Virus record (IMG/VR): IMGVR_UViG_3300045988_088556
DNA: 39,180 nt
Direction: 5' to 3' (one strand)
Origin: a virus
Part shown: positions 14,847 to 23,363 of the stretch, piece after piece
Layout: every line of letters starts with the position of its first letter
Numbering within the stretch: the stretch's first letter is position 1
Made by a program: the position numbers and the translations under genes
Notes under the pieces: generated by a model
Databases searched by the model: none
What the model was told of the DNA's origin: nothing
What the model saw: only the letters and a program-made list of their open reading frames with translations

Positions 14847-16196
14847 TCAGTCGAAAAAACTGCCGTGTACGTTTTGCTGATGTTTCTTCTTGTTCTTTTC
14901 GTCCGGCTCGTTGTTGCCCTCGTCGTCATCATCATCGTCCCCTCCAGTCGGGAGCATAGGCTGTGCATTGCGTCGCTCCCCGACAGGCATGCTGTATTTC
15001 TCTGCAAAGTAGGATGGGTCCACTTCGTAGCGGTCGGCAACCATGGTTTCGTATGCCACCTGCTGCTCCGGTGTGTAATCGACGGCATCATCCCATTCGA
15101 AGCGCAGTCCCTTGATTGGGAAGCCGTGCTTTACCATGCGTGGGATAAGCTGGTTGTTCACGATGTCGCGCAGCATGGTGCAGTCGCTTTCAACCAGGTT
15201 CTCGAACACCTCAAGGTGTGTTTCTGATTGTGAGAGGCTGCTGCCGTCCTCGATGGTCATCGTCTGCCCGATGATGAGCTTTGACAGTTCCGAGTTGGCG
15301 CGATCGATGCGTTTGTCATAGACATTGAAGGCATCGCCCTTGCCACTTTCGACAAATTCAATCTCCGTGTCCTGCCCTGCCACCATGTACTGGCTTGCTC
15401 CGGCACCCTTGAGCATCTGTTCAAGTCGTCCCATCTCCTTGGGGTCGCGTGATGTGGTGCGTGCGATACGCATCGGCATACCGAAAATCTCGCCGAAGGA
15501 ATCCCAAAATGCCAACATGTTTTTCTTCGGAATGGTCTGCGTGGCAGCCTTTAGATACAGGCCGAGATCGTCAGGCCGTCCAGCTTCTATGAGCCAGTCA
15601 GAGAATGGGGCTGAGTGGTAGTCGATGCCCGTAGTCCAGTCCTGCCCGAGCTGTTGAATCACACGACCGTATTCCGGAATGACATGCTTCCGTGGAATGA
15701 GTTTCACATCCGTATAGCAAGGACATCCGTCACCATCGGTGGTGAGGTCGCCAAGTTCGATGAGCGAGTGTCCCCAAAGATTGGCGGCAAGCGCATATTC
15801 GAGCATTTGCTTGAACCAAGCCTGGTCGAAATAGTGGTGTGCCTCCTCGTTCTCATTACCCTTTGCATCGACCAGTTTGAAGGACTTCGCCATGACGAAT
15901 CCTACACGCTGGCGAACACAGCCCGATAGGTGAAGGTCAATATCCACATCGCGGTATATGTCGTAGAGACGTTGGCGGTTCGGGCTGTCCACATTTATAG
16001 CCATCTGCCAGGCGTTGCGCCAGTCGGCAATGTCCCTGCGTGTAAGCGCATCGGTGGTGCGTTGCAGTTCGATGACCATCTTCTTTATGCGCTTGCGGTC
16101 AGACGACTTCGCAAGGTTAAAGTCCCCATTTGGCGTGTGCAGTATATTTTGACTGCCACCTCCGAACATACCGCTGAAAAAGTTCTTTATATCCAT
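14847..16196 (-). CDS. Portal protein (Mu gp29 / DUF935-like)
   Basis: 449 aa, located between terL and MuF. Acidic C-terminal tail (DDDDDDE). Confidence 0.75.
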   Translation of the reverse strand: MDIKNFFSGMFGGGSQNILHTPNGDFNLAKSSDRKRIKKMVIELQRTTDALTRRDIADWRNAWQMAINVDSPNRQRLYDIYRDVDIDLHLSGCVRQRVGFVMAKSFKLVDAKGNENEEAHHYFDQAWFKQMLEYALAANLWGHSLIELGDLTTDGDGCPCYTDVKLIPRKHVIPEYGRVIQQLGQDWTTGIDYHSAPFSDWLIEAGRPDDLGLYLKAATQTIPKKNMLAFWDSFGEIFGMPMRIARTTSRDPKEMGRLEQMLKGAGASQYMVAGQDTEIEFVESGKGDAFNVYDKRIDRANSELSKLIIGQTMTIEDGSSLSQSETHLEVFENLVESDCTMLRDIVNNQLIPRMVKHGFPIKGLRFEWDDAVDYTPEQQVAYETMVADRYEVDPSYFAEKYSMPVGERRNAQPMLPTGGDDDDDDEGNNEPDEKNKKKHQQNVHGSFFD

Positions 16197-16200
16197 AGCG

Positions 16201-16620
16201 TTACCAGTTATGTCGTAATTGTTTCTGTGAACCGAATATGAGCAGGTCGCCAGTAGGTGTGCCGTCCTCGTCGGTGGCGAGCGGCAGGTCGGGGATGATT
16301 TTCCCGGCTTGCACGCCTTCCAGCCACTTTATGGCACGCTCGTAGCGCTCCTTGCGTATTTCGCTGCCCATCTTTTGGGGCATAGCGGCAATCATGTGAT
16401 AGAGCGCAATGTCAGCGGCATACATTACCACCAGACGGTTGCGGTTTCCGCCTTCAGCCGAGAACACCGCTTCCGTGTCGTATTTTGGTCTGAGGTAGCC
16501 GGCAATCTCCTCGCAAGCCTCCAGTTCCGCATTGTCGCGTATCTCCTGCGATGCCTGCGACACGACTTTCAGCGCATTTTCGCCTATGACCACTCTGTAG
16601 TCCTCTTCCGTGATAAACAT
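16201..16620 (-). CDS. DUF1320 (Mu gp36-like) head-associated protein
   Basis: 139 aa. The N-terminus MFITEEDYRVVIGENAL is typical of DUF1320. Lies next to the portal gene. Confidence 0.55.
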   Translation of the reverse strand: MFITEEDYRVVIGENALKVVSQASQEIRDNAELEACEEIAGYLRPKYDTEAVFSAEGGNRNRLVVMYAADIALYHMIAAMPQKMGSEIRKERYERAIKWLEGVQAGKIIPDLPLATDEDGTPTGDLLIFGSQKQLRHNW

Positions 16621-16634
16621 AATCAGCCTCCTTC

Positions 16635-16865
16635 CTAATGCGTCACATAAATGGCACGACGCTCGATGTCGGCAACCTTCACACCCTTACGGAAGCGGTG
16701 CTTGGCAACCAGTTCGCGGATGGTGCGTTTCGGTACGACCTTCAGCGAGCCGTTCATGTAAATCACATAATACTTCATGCCAAGCAGCTTTGAGAGCTTG
16801 TTGGCTTTCTTGATGGCACGCTTGCACTGCCATCCCCAGATAATGTCCTTTATTACTTGTATCAT
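16635..16865 (-). CDS. Small basic protein, function unknown
   Basis: Track ORF trimmed to the ATG at 16865, immediately after the terL stop (16868-16870). Confidence 0.4.
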   Translation of the reverse strand: MIQVIKDIIWGWQCKRAIKKANKLSKLLGMKYYVIYMNGSLKVVPKRTIRELVAKHRFRKGVKVADIERRAIYVTH

Positions 16866-16867
16866 TG

Positions 16868-18427
16868 TTACCAAATGTTTTTGGCGGTCGGTCTTTTGCC
16901 GAACACCGGTTTGAAACTTTCCTGTCTTGTATTGCGCTGGAGTATCCATATAGCGCCTTCATCAGCGTCAGGCGCATCGTCATGCACACGGCTGCCACGC
17001 TCCAACGCCAACGTCTGTTCTATGCCCACCTGCATATCGGGGTCTTCCTTCTTGCGCTCGTTGTACCAGACAAAGCCACGTTCCCAAAGAGGACTGACCG
17101 CCTCGATACGCTGGATTTTGTCTGGCTTCTTTCGCTTGTCGGGCATGATGGGCAGTTGGTAGTCACGCAGCTCACCTTCCACGGCAAACTCGTCCAAAAT
17201 CACATCCTGCATGAAGTTCGCTTCCATGAAGAACTGAATAGCCACCGTGTCGCGTGTACGCTCATAGAGGTCGTATAACCATCGAACCATCTCGCTGACT
17301 GTCGCCTGGCGCACGAAACTGTCTATGAGATGCAGTTCCGAGCCAATCTTTCCCCAAACGCGGGATGCCTTATAGTCGTTGGAGGTTGTCGATTTGAACG
17401 ACGGGTCGGTATAGCACACAATCATGTCGTACTTTTCGAGCTTTGGCAAACGCTTGTATCGAATCCAATCCGCACGGAAGATCGTACCGTCCACGATAGG
17501 GTTGTGCATCATCTCCTTCTCCCAGGCACGATAGCCCACGAAGTCGCGGTAAGCCTGCGCCTCCTCTTTGGTCCATTTCTCCTTCCATACCGGTTCTCCG
17601 TTACGATCGACCGCTACGATTTTAGAAAGGAACACTCCCTTTGTACGTGAGAGATTGTAGAGCACAGAGTTCTTGCTGATGAGGTTGCCCACCATAATGA
17701 AGCGTCCACGGCCCACATCAAGCGCACCGAAGAGAGCCTCCTTCACCCAGTCGGTGAGGTCATGTACGAGTTTGTCGTTCTTGCAAAGCTGATCGTCGTC
17801 AAGGTCATCGATGACGATGTAGTCAGGACGGGATTCACGGTCACGCAGACCACGAGGCGACTGTCCACGACCGCAGGCAAGGAACTTCACACCGCTCTTT
17901 GTCTTGAACTCGCCCTCCTGCCATCCGCCGTCGTTCTTCTGCTGTCCGAAGTCGGCAATGAGACGCTGGTTGTATTCCAGTTCCGCTTGAATATCTCCAA
18001 GCAGTCGGTCGGCATTGTCCTCCGACTTTCCGACAACCACCATAAAGTTGATAAGCCGCTTCGGTTGGAACATCAACCAGAGCGGCGTGAATACATCAAG
18101 GTGGGTCGATTTGGCGTGACCGCGTGGCCACATGAATACAGCCTTCAAGTCGGGCGTGTTTCGGACCTTGCGTGCAGCTTCGTTGTGGAACGGAGCGTTG
18201 TGAATGGTGCGTATGACCTCACCGGTCGTCTTGTCACGCAATTGCAGGAAGTGTGGAAAGTAATACTCGCAGAACGCTGCGTAGTTGTTGAGCAAGCGTT
18301 TGATACGCATGTCCCTTTCTACTGGCGTTTCGCTTTTCAGGAGTGACGTGTCCGTAATGGCTTGCACTTGCCGGCATCGCTCTTTCCACTCCTCGTATGC
18401 CTTTTTCTTTTCCGCTGCTGTTGCCAT
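16868..18427 (-). CDS. terL: Terminase large subunit
   Basis: 519 aa. Walker A-like WPRGHAKST and Walker B-like YIVIDDLDD, with a C-terminal nuclease-like region. Upstream of the portal gene. Confidence 0.85.
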   Translation of the reverse strand: MATAAEKKKAYEEWKERCRQVQAITDTSLLKSETPVERDMRIKRLLNNYAAFCEYYFPHFLQLRDKTTGEVIRTIHNAPFHNEAARKVRNTPDLKAVFMWPRGHAKSTHLDVFTPLWLMFQPKRLINFMVVVGKSEDNADRLLGDIQAELEYNQRLIADFGQQKNDGGWQEGEFKTKSGVKFLACGRGQSPRGLRDRESRPDYIVIDDLDDDQLCKNDKLVHDLTDWVKEALFGALDVGRGRFIMVGNLISKNSVLYNLSRTKGVFLSKIVAVDRNGEPVWKEKWTKEEAQAYRDFVGYRAWEKEMMHNPIVDGTIFRADWIRYKRLPKLEKYDMIVCYTDPSFKSTTSNDYKASRVWGKIGSELHLIDSFVRQATVSEMVRWLYDLYERTRDTVAIQFFMEANFMQDVILDEFAVEGELRDYQLPIMPDKRKKPDKIQRIEAVSPLWERGFVWYNERKKEDPDMQVGIEQTLALERGSRVHDDAPDADEGAIWILQRNTRQESFKPVFGKRPTAKNIW

Positions 18428-18439
18428 AGGCTGCCTCCA

Positions 18440-18904
18440 CTATTTTATGCCCATCTGTTCTGTGATGTACATGTCCTGGTACTTGTTGATTACACGCATC
18501 AGTTCGGGAGTCACCTCTGGGTCTGTCTGCGAGCGGTACTCCAGCCACTTGGAAAACGCCATGAACACCTCGATGGCATCCACCACATTAGCCTTCTTGT
18601 CGAGTTTCTCAATGACCGACGAGAGTTTAGCCAGCTTGTCGCCAAGTCCTGCAATGAGTGCAGGGTCGTCAGAACCATTCACTTGTGTAATGAGTGTGTC
18701 GATGGTGAGCAACAGTTTGTTCACCAGTTCGGGGCGTGTGATGTTCTTGGCTGCACGAGCCTCTTTCCACCCCTCGGCTGAGCACCATTTGGATATGGTG
18801 ACGCGCGACACGTCCACCTTCTCCGCAATCTCCTGTTGCTCCATGCCCGAAAGATAGAGCGTGCGTGCCAGCGATTTCTTTTTTTCAATATCTGCCTTTG
18901 TCAT
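18440..18904 (-). CDS. terS: Terminase small subunit (HTH) candidate
   Basis: Track ORF trimmed to Met88 (ATG at 18904). HTH MEQQEIAEKVDVSRVTISKWC. Directly upstream of terL. Confidence 0.6.
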   Translation of the reverse strand: MTKADIEKKKSLARTLYLSGMEQQEIAEKVDVSRVTISKWCSAEGWKEARAAKNITRPELVNKLLLTIDTLITQVNGSDDPALIAGLGDKLAKLSSVIEKLDKKANVVDAIEVFMAFSKWLEYRSQTDPEVTPELMRVINKYQDMYITEQMGIK

Positions 18905-18985
18905 GTTGATAAGGTTTTTGTTCACATCAGGGCATACCACGCCCCGATTCCTTCTGCAAAAGTGCCACGATTTCGGTGGCTCTCC

Positions 18986-19037
18986 AAAAAAGTGTGCAAT
19001 GGTTTCATAGAAGTGTGCAACCATTGCACACTTTTTT
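18986..19037. repeat. Perfect 19-bp inverted repeat (A6-GTGTGCAATGGTT / AACCATTGCACAC-T6) between the divergent late operons
   Basis: 18986-19004 is the exact reverse complement of 19019-19037, with a 14-nt spacer. The spacer holds a third GTGTGCAA copy (19013-19020), which can form an alternative 8-bp hairpin with 19024-19031. Confidence 0.8.
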
Positions 19038-19107
19038 GGCGGACAGACAATTACCTCGTAATATTGCACTGCGAATTGGGCAATGCAGCCCAGAAAACGA
19101 CAATGAT

Positions 19108-20046
19108 ATGAGTAAAGGAAAACGCGTAAGAATAACCAACGACAGCCTGAACAGCTACGGCACAAGAGTGCTGACAGCTGGCATGAACGTGGAGCAGTAT
19201 CAGCGCAACCCCGTCCTGCTGTATATGCACGAGCGTGGTAATGTGATAGGTTATGTGAAAGACCTGAAGGTGGAGGATGGTGAGGTGACCGGCGAACTTA
19301 TGTTTGACGAAGCATCCGAACTCTCCGTTCGCTGCAAGAAACAGTACGAGTTCGGCAGTCTGAAGATGGTGAGCGCAGGGCTTGACATCTTGGAAACAAG
19401 CGAAGACCCCGAGTTGCTGGTGCAGGGGCAGACCAGCCCCACCGTCACCAAGAGCAAACTGTTTGAGGTCAGCCTTGTGGACATCGGAGCCAATGACGAT
19501 GCCATCGTGCTGCAGAAAGACGGCAAGAGAATAACCCTCGGCAAGGACAGCGAGTGCCCCTTGCCAATGTTGAACAACAATAATCAAAAACAAATGGAAC
19601 AGAAACAGATTGCCCTGAAGTTGGGCTTGCCGGAAACGGCAACTGAGGCGGACATCAACGCCAAGCTCGGTGAGTTGAAGGCTGCCAAGGAAGAGAACGA
19701 GAAACTCCAGCAGGAGAAGGCGACCCTCACGCTTGCCGGCATCACCGCCATCGTGGAGAAGGCGGTAGGGGAGAAGCGCATCGCCCCCGACAAGAAGGAC
19801 GAGTTCATCAACCTCGGCAAGGAAGTCGGCAAGGAGAAACTGGAGCGCATTGTCGCAGCCATGGCTCCGCAGATGAAGCTCAGTGCCGTTATCGGACATC
19901 AGGGCGGAGCGGCAACACAGCAGCCGGCTGCCTACAAGAAACTGGGCGATGTGCCGTCAAGCGAACTCTTGACCCTCCGCAAGGAGCAGCCCGAAGAGTA
20001 CAAGCGACTCTACAAGGAAGAGTACGGCATGGAGTGTGAACTTTAG
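19108..20046 (+). CDS. Prohead protease (HK97/U35-S78-like) with a C-terminal coiled-coil scaffold-like region
   Basis: Track ORF trimmed to the ATG at 19108. Protease-like N-terminal half (NPVLLYMHE, FEVSLVDIGAN). Lys/Glu-rich helical C-terminal half. Upstream of the capsid gene. Confidence 0.68.
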   Translation: MSKGKRVRITNDSLNSYGTRVLTAGMNVEQYQRNPVLLYMHERGNVIGYVKDLKVEDGEVTGELMFDEASELSVRCKKQYEFGSLKMVSAGLDILETSEDPELLVQGQTSPTVTKSKLFEVSLVDIGANDDAIVLQKDGKRITLGKDSECPLPMLNNNNQKQMEQKQIALKLGLPETATEADINAKLGELKAAKEENEKLQQEKATLTLAGITAIVEKAVGEKRIAPDKKDEFINLGKEVGKEKLERIVAAMAPQMKLSAVIGHQGGAATQQPAAYKKLGDVPSSELLTLRKEQPEEYKRLYKEEYGMECEL

Positions 20047-20073
20047 TACAAACCAATAAAACAAGAAAAAGCA

Positions 20074-21141
20074 ATGAAAGCAAAAGTATTTTTGACTATG
20101 ATTACGGCAGTGCTGTTCAATGCGATGACAGGAGCCGTATTCGGTATGGCATTGGGCATGTCGCCCGTGGCAGGTGCCGTCGGTGCCAATGCCGTCGCGC
20201 TTGCCGTGAGCGGTGCAATGCCTGTGGGAGTGGCACGCGAGGGCGTGCTGAAAGAGATTTGGACCGGCGAGCTGCTGAAGGCACTCCGCGAGTTCCTCGA
20301 CGGCACTTGGCTTGATGGCATCCCCGACAGTTCAAGCATCGTCGATAACGATGTTATCCACTTGGTGGAGGTTGGTGTGGACCCTGACGTGCTTGTCAAC
20401 AACACCACCTATCCAATTCCCTTGCAGGCACTTGATGACAAGGACATCGCCATTCAGCTTGACAAGTTCCAGACAAAGGTAACACCAATCACCGACGATG
20501 AGTTGTACGCTATCAGCTACGACAAGATTGCCCGAGTGAAAGAGAGCCATTCAAACGCCATCAACGATGCCAAGTTCGCCAAGGCAGCGCACGCACTCTG
20601 CGCACAGAAGAACACCGCCAAGACCCCTGTACTGACCACTACAGGCGAGCGTGACGCGACTACAGGACGTATCAAGATGACCGCCAAGGACGTGCTTGCG
20701 ATGAAGGCTGCCCTCGACAAGTTGGGTGTTCCGACCACGAACCGTCGCCTTGTATTGTGTACCGACCACGTGAACGACCTCTTGGAGACCGACCAGCGTT
20801 TCAAGGAGCAGTACAACATCGACCGCAACACCGGCAAGGTGGGCAAGCTCTACGGCTTCGACATCTACGAGTATGCCAACACCCCGTACTTCTCAGCCAA
20901 AGGCGAGAAAAAGGCAGTCGGCGACAAGGGAGAAACTGCTGGCGACTTCCACTGCTCATTCGCATTCTACACACAGCGTGTGTTCAAGGCTACCGGCTCC
21001 ACCAAGATGTACTGGAGCGCAGCCGAGAACGACCCTGAGTACCAGCGCAACAAGGTGAACTTCCGCCATTACTTCATCTGCATGTTCAAGAAGGCTGATG
21101 CAGGTGTCGTAATGACCAGCGGATATAAAGCTGAAGCGTAA
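20074..21141 (+). CDS. Major capsid protein
   Basis: 355 aa, downstream of the protease/scaffold gene. The start is uncertain: the first ~50 aa are very hydrophobic and Ala/Gly-rich, and an alternative ATG lies at 20218. Confidence 0.65.
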   Translation: MKAKVFLTMITAVLFNAMTGAVFGMALGMSPVAGAVGANAVALAVSGAMPVGVAREGVLKEIWTGELLKALREFLDGTWLDGIPDSSSIVDNDVIHLVEVGVDPDVLVNNTTYPIPLQALDDKDIAIQLDKFQTKVTPITDDELYAISYDKIARVKESHSNAINDAKFAKAAHALCAQKNTAKTPVLTTTGERDATTGRIKMTAKDVLAMKAALDKLGVPTTNRRLVLCTDHVNDLLETDQRFKEQYNIDRNTGKVGKLYGFDIYEYANTPYFSAKGEKKAVGDKGETAGDFHCSFAFYTQRVFKATGSTKMYWSAAENDPEYQRNKVNFRHYFICMFKKADAGVVMTSGYKAEA

Positions 21142-21614
21142 TGGCGAGAATGAAGTATTTAGTCCTACACTGCACAGCCACCCCTGAAGGCCGTGAGGTA
21201 ACCTCTAAGGAGATACGCCACTGGCACACTGACCCAGTAAGCAAGGGTGGGCGTGGCTGGAAGCAGGTAGGTTATACCGACCTGATACACTTGGACGGCA
21301 AGGTGGAACGCCTTGTCGATAACAACGAAGATGCGGAGGTCGATCCGTGGGAAGTGACCAATGGTGCCAGGGGTTATAACAGTGTGAGCCGCCATGTGGT
21401 GTATGCCGGTGGCTGCACCAAGGATATGAAGCACCCCAAGGACACGCGCACCCCTGCGCAGCTGAAGGCGATGACCGACTATGTACGGAACTTCCATCAG
21501 CGTTTTCCGCAGATCAAGATTGTAGGTCATTGCGATCTTCCGGGCGTGAATAAAGCCTGCCCAGCCTTCGATGTAGCCAAGTGGCTCAAGTCAATAGGCA
21601 TTTACCAACAGTAA
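21141..21614 (+). CDS. N-acetylmuramoyl-L-alanine amidase (Amidase_2 / T7-lysozyme-like endolysin)
   Basis: Motifs LVLHCTATPEG, GYNSVSRHVVYAGG and VGHCDLPG..KACPAFDV. Confidence 0.85.
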   Translation: MARMKYLVLHCTATPEGREVTSKEIRHWHTDPVSKGGRGWKQVGYTDLIHLDGKVERLVDNNEDAEVDPWEVTNGARGYNSVSRHVVYAGGCTKDMKHPKDTRTPAQLKAMTDYVRNFHQRFPQIKIVGHCDLPGVNKACPAFDVAKWLKSIGIYQQ

Positions 21615-21617
21615 AAT

Positions 21618-22103
21618 ATGAATGGCATGAATATCAGCGAAGTCTTGAACGTCCTCCTCGGCGGAGGTCTGGTGGCTACCATTGTGGCGATATGCACGCT
21701 GCGGGCTACCATAAGGAAAGCGAAAGCGGAATCGATGAAGGCAGAAGCCGATGCCGAGACGGTGCGTATGGACAACGCCGAGCATGCCACCCGTATCTTG
21801 GTAGAGAACATAGTGAAACCATTGAAGGAAGAACTCAATGAAACAAGAAGATACCTCGAAGCGTCAAAGCGCGAGATGGCGCGTCTGCGCAAGGCTATCG
21901 ACACAGCTAACAGTTGCAAGCATCATGATGACTGCCCTGTTCTTGTCGGGCTGCGCGACAAGCCGAAAGGCGAGCGTGGCCACGGAGGAAAGCGTGAGAC
22001 AAGTATCCGCGGACACCCTCCGGAGCGAGGTGCGTCAGACGTGGACGGAGACAGTACCGCAGGAGGAGGCCAAACTGGAGATACCCCTGGCGGAACTGAC
22101 TAA
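21618..22103 (+). CDS. N-terminal TM plus coiled-coil protein (holin or i-spanin-like lysis protein candidate)
   Basis: TM segment VLNVLLGGGLVATIVAICTL followed by a helical charged region. The C-terminal ~60 aa are low-complexity and overlap the next ORF out of frame, so the true end is uncertain. Confidence 0.42.
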   Translation: MNGMNISEVLNVLLGGGLVATIVAICTLRATIRKAKAESMKAEADAETVRMDNAEHATRILVENIVKPLKEELNETRRYLEASKREMARLRKAIDTANSCKHHDDCPVLVGLRDKPKGERGHGGKRETSIRGHPPERGASDVDGDSTAGGGQTGDTPGGTD

Positions 22104-22419
22104 CCTGCCCGAAAAGGCAGAGTACCGCGCCAAGAACGGCAGAGCCAGCGCGACCGTGCAGAACAAAGGCGGCACCATCGTGGTGTATGCCACCTGCGAC
22201 AGCCTGCAGCGCCAGTGCGAATACTACGAGCGGCAGATGGCAAGCTACAAGAACGCACTGGAACAGCAGAAGAATGAAGCCAAAACGGAGAAAGAACGCA
22301 GTTCCAATCCGTGGAAGACGCTTCTCATCGCCTTTATCGTCGGAGTGGCGACCGGCATAGTATTAACCATCACAACAAAAAGAATATGGCAGAAAGTAAG
22401 AAATTCATGTACGGCATAG
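21838..22419 (+). CDS. Lipoprotein with a C-terminal TM segment (o-spanin / unimolecular-spanin-like candidate)
   Basis: Basic n-region, hydrophobic core and lipobox LFLSGC (Cys at 21952-21954). C-terminal TM LLIAFIVGVATGIVLTITT. Overlaps the upstream ORF by 266 nt in another frame. Confidence 0.5.
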   Translation: MKQEDTSKRQSARWRVCARLSTQLTVASIMMTALFLSGCATSRKASVATEESVRQVSADTLRSEVRQTWTETVPQEEAKLEIPLAELTNLPEKAEYRAKNGRASATVQNKGGTIVVYATCDSLQRQCEYYERQMASYKNALEQQKNEAKTEKERSSNPWKTLLIAFIVGVATGIVLTITTKRIWQKVRNSCTA

Positions 22420-22880
22420 GTGTCGTAAAGTTTGGAGACAAGACAGTCGGCTATATAGAGAAAGGCAGTTGGGACTGGGGCGGAGCCAAGCCCGAGAAAG
22501 TGGATGTGGAAGCCGAGCAGGTGCCCGGAGCCCCCGTGCTGACCCTCGTCACGAAGAACGGTACGATAGCTCCCACGTTCAACCTCATACAGCTGGACTA
22601 CGAGAACCTCCAGCTCGCCCTTGGCGGTACGCTTGTCGGCACGCAAGGAGCCTATACCGGTTGGAAAGCCCCGACCGACCTTGTGGAACTCCGAGACAAG
22701 TGTGAGATTCAGCTGAAGAGCGGGCAGACAGTGACGATACCGAGTGCCACCCTTATGGCCAACCTCGGAGGCAAGCTCACCCTGACCGAGGTCTCCAAGA
22801 TAGAGTGCCAGTTGACGGTGAACGCGCCTGATGACGGCAGTGCTCCCTATGATGTGGCCGATACCAAACCAGGGGAGTAG
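22386..22880 (+). CDS. Major tail (tube) protein candidate
   Basis: Track ORF trimmed to the ATG at 22386. 164 aa, immediately upstream of the chaperone pair and the tape measure. Confidence 0.58.
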   Translation: MAESKKFMYGIGVVKFGDKTVGYIEKGSWDWGGAKPEKVDVEAEQVPGAPVLTLVTKNGTIAPTFNLIQLDYENLQLALGGTLVGTQGAYTGWKAPTDLVELRDKCEIQLKSGQTVTIPSATLMANLGGKLTLTEVSKIECQLTVNAPDDGSAPYDVADTKPGE

Positions 22881-22883
22881 CGC

Positions 22884-23363
22884 ATGAACCGAGCAATCGA
22901 AAAAGAAGCGGCGGAGGCACTCCTTGACAGGGGTGTCTCCGTGCCGTTTAAGGACATACGTCTGCCGTTCCGCAAGAAACCGCTGAAGGTGCGCATCACC
23001 ATGAAGCGCCCCACATTGGCAGGACAGATAGAAATCGGGCGGCAGTATCTGGAGATGGACACAACGGCAGAGGAGGTGCGGACACTGCCCAAGCTGGAGC
23101 AGATGCGTTTCATGGCCAGACACGGCAAGCGCCTGTCGCGCATCATCGCCTACACCGTGTGCAGGGGGTATATATCCCGCCATCTGTTTGTGGGGCTGAC
23201 CGCATGGCTCGTGCGCAACTTCGTGGCGTACCGGTATCAGGTAGCCGCCATCGAGCAGTTCGAGCGGCTGATGGGCACAGACCCTTTTATGAGTATTATC
23301 AGATCCGCGGAACGGACGAACCCGATGAAGCTGAGACTGAGCCAAGGAAAGAAGGGGAGTTAA
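22884..23363 (+). CDS. Tail assembly chaperone (G-like)
   Basis: 159-aa ORF between the tube and tape measure genes. Overlapped at its 3' end by a -1-frame ORF. Confidence 0.6.
   Translation: MNRAIEKEAAEALLDRGVSVPFKDIRLPFRKKPLKVRITMKRPTLAGQIEIGRQYLEMDTTAEEVRTLPKLEQMRFMARHGKRLSRIIAYTVCRGYISRHLFVGLTAWLVRNFVAYRYQVAAIEQFERLMGTDPFMSIIRSAERTNPMKLRLSQGKKGS

Noticed and set aside
14915-14945. A GAT/GAC-rich simple repeat (plus strand gtcgtcatcatcatcgtc)
   Set aside because: It simply encodes the poly-Asp tail of the portal protein and shows no independent repeat structure.
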